A program made the position numbers and the translations under genes. A DNA stretch of 54,251 nucleotides from a virus. Lineage: Duplodnaviria > Caudoviricetes. This document shows, piece by piece, positions 38,669-48,379 of this stretch (its first letter is position 1; each line of letters starts with the position of its first letter). Location: positions 1-54,251 of the IMG/VR virus record IMGVR_UViG_3300007722_000019; one strand, given 5' to 3'. The notes below the pieces were generated by a model, which saw only the letters and a list, made by a program, of their open reading frames with translations, searched no databases and had not been told where the DNA came from.

Positions 38669-39210
38669 AATGTTGCTGGTAAAACCGATAAATGCTTTCT
38701 CAGGCTGTGCAACACTAAAGTCAAATCGATCTTGAGGATGGTACACAGTAAAATGTGCCTCAATACTGCGCCGCAGTTTAACGGTGGTTAGGTACCTTTC
38801 CGTAATAAAGGTACAGGGTAGCATCACCTGTTATGCCGAGTCTCGCTTTAGATTCGTAAGTATTTCAGTCCGTATTAAAAGCTTTTATATACGGTCGCAT
38901 TTTGGGGATGCGTAAATGACATACTTAAATAGGGTTTACCTCCTATAGCACTATTTTAGTAAGTAACGGGCAGCGAAGAAAGAAATACGCCGGTGGATAT
39001 GCAGCAGCAGGTCGATAAACTGTCAGAGCCGCTTTCCTGTCTTAATGTATTTCCTCCTGAATGTTGGGAAAATGCGCAAAGAGAATTGTAATCTGAAAAT
39101 TACAATGGAAATACCGAGACGAGGTTTGGCTAAGTAGATGGATATTAGATTATCCTGTCGAAAACCGTTTGAGTCTTGAGAGTAGCTAGATGACCGATTA
39201 GCAAGACATT
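38669..39210 (+). ncRNA. ROOL-like large ornate RNA (~540 nt)
   Basis: 5'/3' ends pair (AATGTTGCTGGT/ATTAGCAAGACATT), nested long-range stems, promoter upstream, tRNA-adjacent. Confidence 0.6.
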
Positions 39211-39225
39211 CACTTATTTTTTATT

Positions 39226-39585
39226 ATGACGAAAGCAAAATATTACATTTATAGAAACTTACGAACTGGTGGCTTTTCTGTGAAACACAAAGGTTTGGTA
39301 GTTTGCCTTGCCCATTCGTTATATGGATTAGCAGTCGAGTTTAGGGTGAGTGAAAAGGGCAGGCAGAAGGTAATAAAAGAGAAACGGAAGAATGTGCATG
39401 CATTTGTCGTTGCAGATAAATACATGTTACATACGTATCCTGTTATGGACATTAGGGATATTGACAATAGCAAAAAAATAAGCTATAATCCATTCACTGA
39501 CGCACAGTTTATGTGTGATAACAGAAGAATTTATAGTGCTGAAGAAGTGTTTTTTCAGAATGGGTATTGTGTATTTGTAAAATGA
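39226..39585 (+). CDS. conserved phage hypothetical protein
   Basis: YRNL...FSVK...KEKRKNVHAFV. Confidence 0.7.
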   Translation: MTKAKYYIYRNLRTGGFSVKHKGLVVCLAHSLYGLAVEFRVSEKGRQKVIKEKRKNVHAFVVADKYMLHTYPVMDIRDIDNSKKISYNPFTDAQFMCDNRRIYSAEEVFFQNGYCVFVK

Positions 39586-39772
39586 ATTCGGGGGGATTAG
39601 TATAATGGTGTTTAGAAACGCTCCGAATGCAACATGCCAGAAATCTATTGATTATTTAGAAGAAAATATTTCAGAAATAAAAGACGACCGGGATACAGAT
39701 CATATTAACAGATGGATAAACAAGCACGGTTACAAAATTATAAGAAAGCTAAGTTAGATAAATAGAGAATAT

Positions 39773-39848
39773 TCCCTGATAGCTCAGTCGGTAGAGCGTT
39801 TGATTGTTAATCAAAATGTCCGTGGTTCGAGCCCACGTCGGGGAGCCA
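39773..39848 (+). tRNA. tRNA-Asn(GTT)
   Basis: canonical cloverleaf, loop TTGTTAA, CCA. Confidence 0.93.
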
Positions 39849-39861
39849 AATAAGGTAAAGA

Positions 39862-40209
39862 ATGCAAGTAATATTTGTAGATGAATATGGAGAAACTATT
39901 CCAATTAAGATTAATGATTTTAAATTCCTGCCAGCTGCTGGCGATTGTGTAATCATAGAAGATATAGAATGGTTCGTCCGATCCCGCACATTTAATACAT
40001 ATAGTAATTTTGTAACTGTTGAATTAGCTGAATCTATGGGAAGAAAAGAGTCCCCTGCACCTACCAGAGATGAAAGAGTTACCGAAATGAAAGCTCAACT
40101 ACACGCCATTACACAGCGACAGAATAAACAAGAAAGTAAAGGACGAATACTCCGAGAACAGTTGGTTTCTTTAAGGTCTTTTTTAAAGAATCAGAAGCCA
40201 AAAGAATAA
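39862..40209 (+). CDS. hypothetical protein
   Basis: RBS AAGGT, 115-aa ORF. Confidence 0.65.
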   Translation: MQVIFVDEYGETIPIKINDFKFLPAAGDCVIIEDIEWFVRSRTFNTYSNFVTVELAESMGRKESPAPTRDERVTEMKAQLHAITQRQNKQESKGRILREQLVSLRSFLKNQKPKE

Positions 40210-40296
40210 ATATAAGAATATACACTAATAACTTACGATAAGAATAAAAGAGAATTAGTGTCGACATAGAAAGTAATACTATTACTATTCTTATAC

Positions 40297-40372
40297 GCCC
40301 CTTTAGTGACATTGGCGAACACGTATCTTTGGTATAGATAAAAGGTCAGTTCAATTCTGACAAGGGGCACCA
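40297..40372 (+). tRNA. tRNA-Thr(GGT)
   Basis: TATCT-TTGGTAT-AGATA, CCA. Confidence 0.88.
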
Positions 40373-40378
40373 GATTAC

Positions 40379-40460
40379 AGCGGGCGAGTGGCACGGATAT
40401 ATAAACCATTTTGGTCTCATAAGCCAAAGATATCAGGTTCGACTCCTGATCCTGCATCCA
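40379..40460 (+). tRNA. tRNA-Met(CAT), initiator-like 1:72 mismatch
   Basis: TTGGT-CTCATAA-GCCAA, enlarged D loop, CCA. Confidence 0.78.
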
Positions 40461-40657
40461 GTTATTATAGTGTTAAACGCACTGTTGGTATACATTCTAC
40501 TAAACCGTGGTTTAGAGACTACGTCTCCGAGTCGGGATCGTACGGCTAAGTGTTCATCTTTTAACTGAGGAGTAATCATGTAAGATTATTGGTCGCATGA
40601 AGCTGTGAATCAGCCGTTGATATACGACCATCTATCATATACATATTTCGTATGTAT

Positions 40658-40742
40658 GCATCTGTGTTGTAATTGGTAGCCAAGCCAGAATGAGAGTCTG
40701 GTATCGAAAGATGTGCTGGTTCGAGTCCAGTCAGATGCACCA
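40658..40742 (+). tRNA. tRNA-Leu(GAG)
   Basis: CCAGA-ATGAGAG-TCTGG, variable arm, CCA. Confidence 0.88.
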
Positions 40743-40845
40743 GTGTTTTAATCTAGATTAAACACTCACTCAATATTTCATTATTCTACGATAAATAACA
40801 TAGTAGGAAATCTTTTACTGATTCCAACATAATCGAGAATAAAAG

Positions 40846-41526
40846 ATGAAATTTGAAAATATTGTTGCATTGCTTAATGCTTTAAGCTGGTCCAAAATGA
40901 TCCAAGCATTTATATTTCTAATCATGATAGGATTAGCATATGGTCTATGGGAAAACAGAGCAATAGTATATAACTCTTTAAAAATTACTGCTCAAGTAGA
41001 GATATCCGAACCCGTAGTTCTGAACATAACACCAGACACATCTAATTTAATTGATACGGCTGTAAATAAAGCAAAGGATAAAATAGCAGCAATTCAGATA
41101 ATTAATGTAGACTTTAAAAAAAATGTAAGATATGTTGCTTACTCGGCAATCAGCAATGATAACTTCGAACGAGCATATAAACAATACGAGCAACAAAAAA
41201 TATCACATTTACCATTGTTTTCAGATAAAGAATTTGAAAATCAACTTATTATAAATTTGATAAATGGGGACTTTGTATGTGTAGACTATAAGAAGTCCCT
41301 AGGATACACAATGTTTTATAAGTCAACCACCGAGATTAATACTGTTTGTTCAATAAGCATTCCACCATATTATGGCAGATTCAGTGGATATATAAATATT
41401 TACTTATTTAATTCCCCAACTGAAAATGATATAATTTCTGCGAAACAATTATTAAGGGATATATCTTTCAGAATATATGAAGTTGATATGTCTAACCGCC
41501 AACCACATTCAATAAGAAGCAATTAA
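40846..41526 (+). CDS. single-TM protein with GAF-like periplasmic domain, T4 holin T-like (tentative)
   Basis: N-terminal TM; GDFVC...VCSISIPP..G.I.IYL; GATAAATA upstream. Confidence 0.55.
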   Translation: MKFENIVALLNALSWSKMIQAFIFLIMIGLAYGLWENRAIVYNSLKITAQVEISEPVVLNITPDTSNLIDTAVNKAKDKIAAIQIINVDFKKNVRYVAYSAISNDNFERAYKQYEQQKISHLPLFSDKEFENQLIINLINGDFVCVDYKKSLGYTMFYKSTTEINTVCSISIPPYYGRFSGYINIYLFNSPTENDIISAKQLLRDISFRIYEVDMSNRQPHSIRSN

Positions 41527-41536
41527 ATGGAGAAAT

Positions 41537-42163
41537 ATGATACGACTTATTCGTGCTTTGGCAATTTCAATCGCATTAGCGGTTATCCCTGGTGCAATTG
41601 TATATAATTTATGGAAATCGCCACGAATCACTAAACCTGAAATAAATTCACATTTATTAAAGATTTCCCCATTTGTGAAATCTAAGATAGATTCTGTCAC
41701 CACTAATACAGATTATATATTAGGGACTCAGATTGTAACTGTAGACTTTAACAAAAATACGATATCAGAGACGTATATAAAGATTGACAATCCATCTGCT
41801 CAAATTTTATATGATGCGTTTGTTGAAGGTAGACTAAGTGATCCACCGATATTCACGACATCCACAGTAGATAATGCCCGCGTAATGAGACTGATACGAG
41901 GTGAATTTATATGTGTCCCATTTAAAGAATCGACAGCATATAAATATGCACCAGCAGCCAATGTGTTAATAGCTTCAGTTTGTGCGATCGGGATACCACC
42001 TAATAAATTATATCAACTATCAGGAATTCTGACTATATACCTTAGTACAGTGCCGACACCAGAAGAAACCAGACAAATTTACTTGTTTGCAAGGGATATT
42101 TCGTATAACATAGCAAACTATAACAACCTTTTTTATGATACGATCAAGTCTCGAGTGGAATAA
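41537..42163 (+). CDS. paralog of 40846 protein
   Basis: QIVTVDF.KN, GEFIC, VCAIGIPP, SGILTIYL, RDISY shared. Confidence 0.6.
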   Translation: MIRLIRALAISIALAVIPGAIVYNLWKSPRITKPEINSHLLKISPFVKSKIDSVTTNTDYILGTQIVTVDFNKNTISETYIKIDNPSAQILYDAFVEGRLSDPPIFTTSTVDNARVMRLIRGEFICVPFKESTAYKYAPAANVLIASVCAIGIPPNKLYQLSGILTIYLSTVPTPEETRQIYLFARDISYNIANYNNLFYDTIKSRVE

Positions 42164-42383
42164 TATTGAAATTAAATTGCGTCGACAAGCTCGAGGATGG
42201 ATGTACGAGGGAGAAATTCTAAGGATGATAAACAATATCCAGAGTGAGATTGTATTATTATCTAAAGCAGAAGTTGATGCACGACGCGGGAATACTTTAA
42301 AGTCGACAGAATTACTAGAAAGAATAAATAACGATATAGAGATGATAGAAGAATATCTAATAGTGGCAGCACTGATAGGTTGA
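42135..42383 (+). CDS. hypothetical protein
   Basis: short ORF. Confidence 0.6.
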   Translation: MIRSSLEWNNIEIKLRRQARGWMYEGEILRMINNIQSEIVLLSKAEVDARRGNTLKSTELLERINNDIEMIEEYLIVAALIG

Positions 42384-42417
42384 CATCGGTATAGCATTCG
42401 CGTATACTATCGAGATT

Positions 42418-42509
42418 AGAGAGTAAAGTAGCCAGGGGCTGCCACTGATTGGAAATCAGCTGGATTTATTGAGAAATAGGTTTCGATTCGAGTTCGATGC
42501 TCTCTTCCA
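42418..42509 (+). tRNA. tRNA-Ser(GGA)
   Basis: CTGA-TTGGAAA-TCAG, long variable arm, CCA; TTGACA-17-TATACT upstream. Confidence 0.8.
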
Positions 42510-42524
42510 AACAATCGGAAAAAT

Positions 42525-42914
42525 ATGAGAAACATACAAAGGAATGTCATGAATGCAATTAAAATGGACCGCCTAGACTTGCTTGAGATAGTCAAAACAA
42601 ATAAAGAAAAACACATTTCAGCCTTTGTCGAATCTGTAGCGGACTATAAACAACTAGTCTTACAAACTATGACAGCTAACTTGAAGCTTGCCAAAACGGC
42701 AAATTTAGAAGAATTTGGAAAAATTAAATCTGCACCACCAAAACCAACATCATATGAAAATAGCTACACGCGAGCAATCCGTATGCTGGAATTATCCGTC
42801 GATATTTTTATCGAAGTTGAAGAAGATATATTCAACCAACTAGTATTGGACGAGTGGCAGTGGAAACATGCATTCGTTGCATCCAACGCTACATATAAAG
42901 CCGGAGCATTTTAA
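42525..42914 (+). CDS. hypothetical protein
   Basis: YTRAIRMLELSVD...LVLDEWQW. Confidence 0.7.
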   Translation: MRNIQRNVMNAIKMDRLDLLEIVKTNKEKHISAFVESVADYKQLVLQTMTANLKLAKTANLEEFGKIKSAPPKPTSYENSYTRAIRMLELSVDIFIEVEEDIFNQLVLDEWQWKHAFVASNATYKAGAF

Positions 42915-42983
42915 TCCATGCTTAACAGCATCGCTAATGTTACAATAGCGATGTAAGTTATACAACACACTAAAAGGACTTTT

Positions 42984-43469
42984 ATGGTGGATCCAATTAT
43001 CGCATTTTTCGCAGGCTTCTTGCTGACCTGGCCAGCATTGATTATTTTGCTGTTCCTGGGTATTATCTTTGAACACAACGATGCAAGGGGCATGGCAGTT
43101 TTTACTGCGTTAGTATCAGCCGCTGTAGCATATTTCTTTTTTGCAATTCCGTTCTGGACTTTGATGATTTACGCTGGAATTTATTTGGTAGCAGGTATTT
43201 GTTGGAGTATGTGGCGTTATAAACGTGCTTTGAACAAAATGGTGGAAGAAAACAGAGGCGAAACAGAAACCAATAAAGAACGTGCATTGAGAAGATTGCA
43301 TCCTCGACACATGTGGCCGACAATCATTGCCTGGGTATTCGTATGGCCGTTCAGCTTTGTTGAAAACATCGTCGGCGACGTTATCACTACTGTGTCTACG
43401 GCGATCAAGAAAGTATTCCACGACGCGTATCAAAGAATGTTCGATCATGCTGTTTCGCAACTGAAGTGA
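42984..43469 (+). CDS. multi-pass membrane protein
   Basis: several hydrophobic helices. Confidence 0.7.
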   Translation: MVDPIIAFFAGFLLTWPALIILLFLGIIFEHNDARGMAVFTALVSAAVAYFFFAIPFWTLMIYAGIYLVAGICWSMWRYKRALNKMVEENRGETETNKERALRRLHPRHMWPTIIAWVFVWPFSFVENIVGDVITTVSTAIKKVFHDAYQRMFDHAVSQLK

Positions 43470-43717
43470 TCGAAGTATCGTTTACGGAATACAGGTATTT
43501 CTCAGAATGCCCAATATGGTGGAGAAACTTCTGCACTGTTACATCTGGCGAATGGGTTTCTGCAGATGGTAGGAATCTATTGCTAATAGCGGAAATAGCG
43601 AAATTTTCTGGAAATATTGTGGATGGTGGGAATAATGAAGATGTAGATCACTTAGAATTTGAAACAGAAGAAGACTTTAATTTATTTAAAACATATTGGA
43701 TATTACGTGGCAAGTAA
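43466..43717 (+). CDS. hypothetical protein
   Basis: C-terminal FETEEDFNLFK.YW. Confidence 0.6.
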   Translation: MIEVSFTEYRYFSECPIWWRNFCTVTSGEWVSADGRNLLLIAEIAKFSGNIVDGGNNEDVDHLEFETEEDFNLFKTYWILRGK

Positions 43718-44102
43718 ACAGGTATTGGTTATGCGTAAGTTTATCGGTAAAGGATCGAGAATTGGAAAATACGTGGCACAAGGCGCCCACGCAAGTGTAG
43801 GAGCATTGTTTTCTCTTGGTGCAATAGATAAAGAAGCAAAGGAATTTGTTATCGATATTAGTAATCCATTCGTATATGAATGGGTTGTTGGCAACTTTAG
43901 AAAGATTACCTGTTATGTCGAAACTGATCAGGAATTGACCGACATTTACATTGCTGCAAGATCAGCCGGAATTGCATGTTCCATAATTGAAGATTCTGGA
44001 TTAACTGAATTCAATGGTGTAAAAACTCTGACCGCAATTGGCGTCGGGCCAGCCGACGAAGAATTGATAAACAAACTTACCGGGCATCTGCCCTTATTTT
44101 GA
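43707..44102 (+). CDS. pth2: peptidyl-tRNA hydrolase, Pth2 family
   Basis: KQVLVMR...GK.VAQGAHAS...RKI...IEDSGLTEF.G..TLTAIGVGP...TGHLPL. Confidence 0.9.
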   Translation: MASKQVLVMRKFIGKGSRIGKYVAQGAHASVGALFSLGAIDKEAKEFVIDISNPFVYEWVVGNFRKITCYVETDQELTDIYIAARSAGIACSIIEDSGLTEFNGVKTLTAIGVGPADEELINKLTGHLPLF

Positions 44103-44380
44103 TATGTTAAATTATTTTAAATGGGTGTTTGCCAGAGAAGCACGGGGCTAACAGAACAGGTATACAGCTTCTGTACGCTATGATTGCAGTGGTGATTATA
44201 GGCTATCTGTTAAGTCTGCTATCGATTAAACTTGTATTCATCTCGCTTGCAATACTTTGGGTGGGATCAGTTACCTTAGCAATTGTCTGTAATGTAATAG
44301 AGTACAGAACAAATCGCAACACCGATTGAGTTCTTGCAGCAAATCTATTACACTACACTCTAACATAGAAAGGATACAAA

Positions 44381-45178
44381 ATGGTATCACATGAAATTCT
44401 CGCCAAGCGAGACAAGATGAAAAAATGGGTCTCCATTGTAGCATTGGGTGTAGTCGGGTTATTGGTAGCACCAATCATCTTTCTATCTATCCAGGGACTG
44501 ATCGGCCTCGCTATTGCAGCAGCCATCGGATTTACATTAGTGACATTGGCGCCAGTGTTTGCACTGAAAATGGCAAACCTGAAATATCGATTAACCGATG
44601 ATGAAAAAGTCAAGCACATTCAAAAGGTAACTGACGCCGCTGCAGAAAATCCTATCGAAACTATGACGTACCAGTTGCAGGAACGACGCAAAGCATTTGG
44701 CACATTTGAAGACAATGTGGTTAATGCAACAACTGCCAGAGATACATTCCGTGATAAGGTTAAAAAGTTTGCAGCAAAGTATCCACATCGCGCTGCTGAA
44801 TTCCAAAAACAGTTTGACCGAATGGTTGATTTGGTCGAGCGTAAAAAGACTGCATTGCGTAATGCACAGAAATCACTCGAGGAAGGTGCGATGAAGCTCG
44901 AAGAAATGCAAGCATATTGGGAAATGTCTAAGGACGCGATTGAACTGAATAAAGCTGCTGGTATGGACACCGGCGACGTATTTGAACAGCTAAAACACGA
45001 TACAGCATGTGATGCCGTGTTCGAATCAATGAACCGTGCATTTGCTCAACTTGAAGTTGCAGCAGCACTGGATGTGGATTCGGATGACAAAGAGGACTCG
45101 CTTGTCGTACAATTAGGTCATAGCGAACCAAATGTAGTTGAAGTACCAGTTCGCGAAACACAGAAAGTGAGTAGATAA
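44381..45178 (+). CDS. membrane-anchored coiled-coil protein (PspA-like, tentative)
   Basis: two N-terminal TM helices, long heptad region. Confidence 0.7.
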   Translation: MVSHEILAKRDKMKKWVSIVALGVVGLLVAPIIFLSIQGLIGLAIAAAIGFTLVTLAPVFALKMANLKYRLTDDEKVKHIQKVTDAAAENPIETMTYQLQERRKAFGTFEDNVVNATTARDTFRDKVKKFAAKYPHRAAEFQKQFDRMVDLVERKKTALRNAQKSLEEGAMKLEEMQAYWEMSKDAIELNKAAGMDTGDVFEQLKHDTACDAVFESMNRAFAQLEVAAALDVDSDDKEDSLVVQLGHSEPNVVEVPVRETQKVSR

Positions 45179-45333
45179 TGAAGATTCGGATTCTAGGCGC
45201 TATCTTTGTATTTCTAATTCTTGCAGCACTATTTGTCTTAACTGGTGGAGATAATTCGACACCGAATATTCAAGGTCAGCCTCAGCCGACCAGCTCTGGA
45301 GATGCAGGATTCAAGGGTTTACAGATTAACTAA
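45178..45333 (+). CDS. 51-aa single-TM protein (not in ORF track)
   Basis: MKIRILGAIFVFLILAALFVLTGG; TAATG coupling. Confidence 0.6.
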   Translation: MKIRILGAIFVFLILAALFVLTGGDNSTPNIQGQPQPTSSGDAGFKGLQIN

Positions 45334-45350
45334 CTTAAAGAAAGACACAA

Positions 45351-46295
45351 ATGAAATTTACTAAAATCGCAATGATCGTCGGCGTACTTGCAATTTCTAC
45401 AAGCGCAATGGCACAAACGCAACTGAAGGTTGCAACAGGCGGCCCAACTGGTACCTACCATCGTATGTTCGTGGAATTCCAAGGCATGTGTAAGGACCAA
45501 ATTATGCAAATCGAGGTCCCGTCAAAAGGGTCAGTAGACAACATGGATAAGCTCCTCGGTAACGAAGTGAACGCAGCAATTGTTCAGACCGACGTACTGT
45601 TCTATCGTGCTCGTAACGAAGACCTTGGCAGTATCAAGACGCTGTTTAGCATGTATCCAGAAGAAGTCCATGTGATTACTTCTGCAGTAAGCCCGATCAA
45701 AACTTCGGGCGCGTTGGGACTTGGTATTATCGGCTCCAAGCCGTTGCAGTTTAATACTGTAAATGATCTTGCTGGGCAGAGTGTTGCAGCCTGGGGCGGG
45801 TCTATTGTTACAGCACAGGTTATTCGTTTACAGAGTGAAGTTGCATTCACTGTTGTCGAGGTTGCAGACTTTAAAGCTGCAAAAGCAGCACTGGATGCTG
45901 GCAAAGTTGCAGCAATTGTAATGGTTGGTGGACAGCCGATGGCTGACGTGCAGACTCTTACCAATGCGTACAAACTGTTGGCATTCCCCGAAGCAACAAT
46001 GGGCAAGTTGAAGAGCGTATATGTTTCTGCTAAGTTGAATTACTCGGGCATGGGGCAGGGCGGATCCGGTGTCCAATCAATCGCAACGGAATCGTTGTTC
46101 GTTACTCGTGCATATAAAACTGCCAAGTATGTTGAATCGCTCGCTGCCTTGCGTGGATGCTTCCAAGCTAGTTTACCAGAGATGCAGGAAACAACTGGTT
46201 TCCATAAAAAGTGGTCTGCTGTTAAGGCCGAGAACACTGGCAAATGGTCGTTCTATGAGCTTCCAGCGATGGCTGCGAAGCCAGCTAAGAAGTAA
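45351..46295 (+). CDS. TAXI-family TRAP solute receptor
   Basis: signal peptide; VATGGPTGTY, GSVDN, AIVQTDV, YPEEVHVI. Confidence 0.8.
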   Translation: MKFTKIAMIVGVLAISTSAMAQTQLKVATGGPTGTYHRMFVEFQGMCKDQIMQIEVPSKGSVDNMDKLLGNEVNAAIVQTDVLFYRARNEDLGSIKTLFSMYPEEVHVITSAVSPIKTSGALGLGIIGSKPLQFNTVNDLAGQSVAAWGGSIVTAQVIRLQSEVAFTVVEVADFKAAKAALDAGKVAAIVMVGGQPMADVQTLTNAYKLLAFPEATMGKLKSVYVSAKLNYSGMGQGGSGVQSIATESLFVTRAYKTAKYVESLAALRGCFQASLPEMQETTGFHKKWSAVKAENTGKWSFYELPAMAAKPAKK

Positions 46296-46356
46296 GTAAC
46301 TTCCAATCTAAACAATACCGCTTGACATCAAGCGGTATTGCCATTTATAATACATC

Positions 46357-46809
46357 ATGGGCAAATTACTTTTAAAAGAAACTATGGATAATGTTAGGTG
46401 GTATTGTTCCGATGCCCACTATATACACAATGGTCGTGGATATTATCAATATAAGTGGCCTAGCCCGGATTGGCCATTTAGGCATTATATTCATAGCGAA
46501 AAACTAACACAAACAGAAATGATTAAGATCAGGCGATGGATCGAAAATATTATTACCGATACAGTAATATTCGATAGCATTGATTGGAAATATAGAAGGT
46601 ACTACGGAGAAAGAACAGATTGGGAACATGGTTCGGAAGTTAGCAATACATGGTACAGGTTTAGTTTCGAGGATGAACATACTGCTACAATGTTTGCGAT
46701 TACATTCGCCCACTTAATACAGAAGCCCACAAATCATCATCCAGATCGATCAGAAGACGAGGAATGGTTAAAAACAAGTAACCAACATAAAACAAGGCAC
46801 GAATTATGA
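46357..46809 (+). CDS. hypothetical protein
   Basis: FSFEDEHTATMFAITF motif; sigma70-like promoter upstream. Confidence 0.65.
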   Translation: MGKLLLKETMDNVRWYCSDAHYIHNGRGYYQYKWPSPDWPFRHYIHSEKLTQTEMIKIRRWIENIITDTVIFDSIDWKYRRYYGERTDWEHGSEVSNTWYRFSFEDEHTATMFAITFAHLIQKPTNHHPDRSEDEEWLKTSNQHKTRHEL

Positions 46810-47891
46810 GAGAACTAGTTACAATTAGAAAAATAGCAGACTTAGTACCTATCGAGGGTGCTGATGCTATCGAGTTGGCTAAAATTGACGGCTGGCAATG
46901 TGTTGTGAAGATTGGTGAATTCAAAGTTGGTGACCCTTGCCTCTATTTTGAAATCGACAGCTTCATTCCACTATTGCCACAACTTGACTATCTGAAATCC
47001 AGAATGTTCAAACGAATGGGTGAACAAGAAGGTATGCGTGTGAAAACTGTTAAGTTGCGTGGTCAGCTTAGCCAGGGGTTGGCATTACCTGTAAGCATGT
47101 TCGTTGATCATTTCTTAGATTCGAAATTCAATGAAGGACAGGAACTATGCGAGTTCTTCTATTTTGGCGCAGACTTGACTGACTTTCTTGGTGTCCAGAA
47201 ATACGAAGCACCAATTCCTACAGAATTATCTGGAAACGTTAAGGGTAACTTTCCAACATTCATTCCTAAAACGGATCAGGACAGATGTCAGAATATTGCT
47301 TATAAAATCTTCGAAGAAAACAAAGACGCATTTTATGAAGTAAGTATGAAAATGGATGGCACTTCTTTTACTGCTTATCAGCGTGATGATATAGACGGAG
47401 TCTGTGGACGAAACTGGGAATTGACTATAGATGAGCACAATGTTGGTAACACACTTATCCGCATGTACCAGGATAGCGGATTACAGGCAGTATTGTGCAA
47501 ATTACGGCTGAATTTAGCAGTACAGGGCGAGCTTATGGGCCCGGGTATACAGAAGAACCGTGAGCAATTTAAAGCTCATAAGTTGTTTATATTCGACATG
47601 TTCGATATTGATAAGCAAGAATACTTGGCACCCAAAGCACGATTAGACATTTTAGGTAAACTGCAAAAAGATGGATTGAATATGGACATGGTTCAACACG
47701 TTCCAATCATTGCACATTCTGCAAATTTATATGACACACTCGGCATAACAACGACAGATCATCTGTTAACATTTGCTGAAGGTAAAAGTGTAAATCACCC
47801 AATCCGAGAAGGACTCGTTTTCAAGCGTAAGGATGGTAAATTTAGTTTTAAATGCATATCAAATCACTTCTTGCTTAAATCTTCCGATTGA
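46806..47891 (+). CDS. ATP-dependent RNA ligase, DRB0094/Rnl5 family
   Basis: PIEGADAIE, YFEIDS, KMDGTS, QGELMGPGIQKN, REGLVFK. Confidence 0.9.
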   Translation: MRELVTIRKIADLVPIEGADAIELAKIDGWQCVVKIGEFKVGDPCLYFEIDSFIPLLPQLDYLKSRMFKRMGEQEGMRVKTVKLRGQLSQGLALPVSMFVDHFLDSKFNEGQELCEFFYFGADLTDFLGVQKYEAPIPTELSGNVKGNFPTFIPKTDQDRCQNIAYKIFEENKDAFYEVSMKMDGTSFTAYQRDDIDGVCGRNWELTIDEHNVGNTLIRMYQDSGLQAVLCKLRLNLAVQGELMGPGIQKNREQFKAHKLFIFDMFDIDKQEYLAPKARLDILGKLQKDGLNMDMVQHVPIIAHSANLYDTLGITTTDHLLTFAEGKSVNHPIREGLVFKRKDGKFSFKCISNHFLLKSSD

Positions 47892-47982
47892 TATTGTTTA
47901 CATTTTGCTTCATGATATTTTCCGTAATTTCTTATATCTAGCAGTTGACAAGCAATAAATTCTTATTAAAAGAAAGTGACTA

Positions 47983-48348
47983 ATGACATACAAAACAATG
48001 CATCCATACTTTGAAAAAAGCTTCGAACATTATGCATGTGTTACAATGGATATGCAAGAGACATTCTGGAACTACTTGGCATATGGTATGCCTCCGGGAA
48101 GCTTTTGTAAATCGGTGATCATAAATGATTTTTATGGTGCAGCTCTTCGAGCGCACCATTTGTTGGATATGAATTTTATGCGTGACATTGCCAGATGGTT
48201 GGTGAATGAAACTCCGGAAGACAGTTATGGATCCGTAGAAAAATATAAAGCGTGGATAAAACTATCAGATGATGATCGCCGTGATATTCTTATTTTATAT
48301 AAGCTCCGGCCATCCGTCATCGATGTGTTGAAAGGTACGCCGAGATAA
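47983..48348 (+). CDS. hypothetical protein
   Basis: YLAYGMPPGSF...ND. Confidence 0.7.
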   Translation: MTYKTMHPYFEKSFEHYACVTMDMQETFWNYLAYGMPPGSFCKSVIINDFYGAALRAHHLLDMNFMRDIARWLVNETPEDSYGSVEKYKAWIKLSDDDRRDILILYKLRPSVIDVLKGTPR

Positions 48349-48379
48349 TTTTGATAAATAGCATATCGAAAGGTGTGCT

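Noticed and set aside
39590-39760. tRNA-Ala
   Set aside because: Only a 5' fragment (GGGGGATTAGTATAATGG) followed by unrelated sequence.
40470-40650. HDV-like (theta) ribozyme suggested by CGTCTCCGAG...GCTAA, also at ~37803
   Set aside because: Could not build the nested P1/P2/P3 double pseudoknot in the right order; left unassigned.
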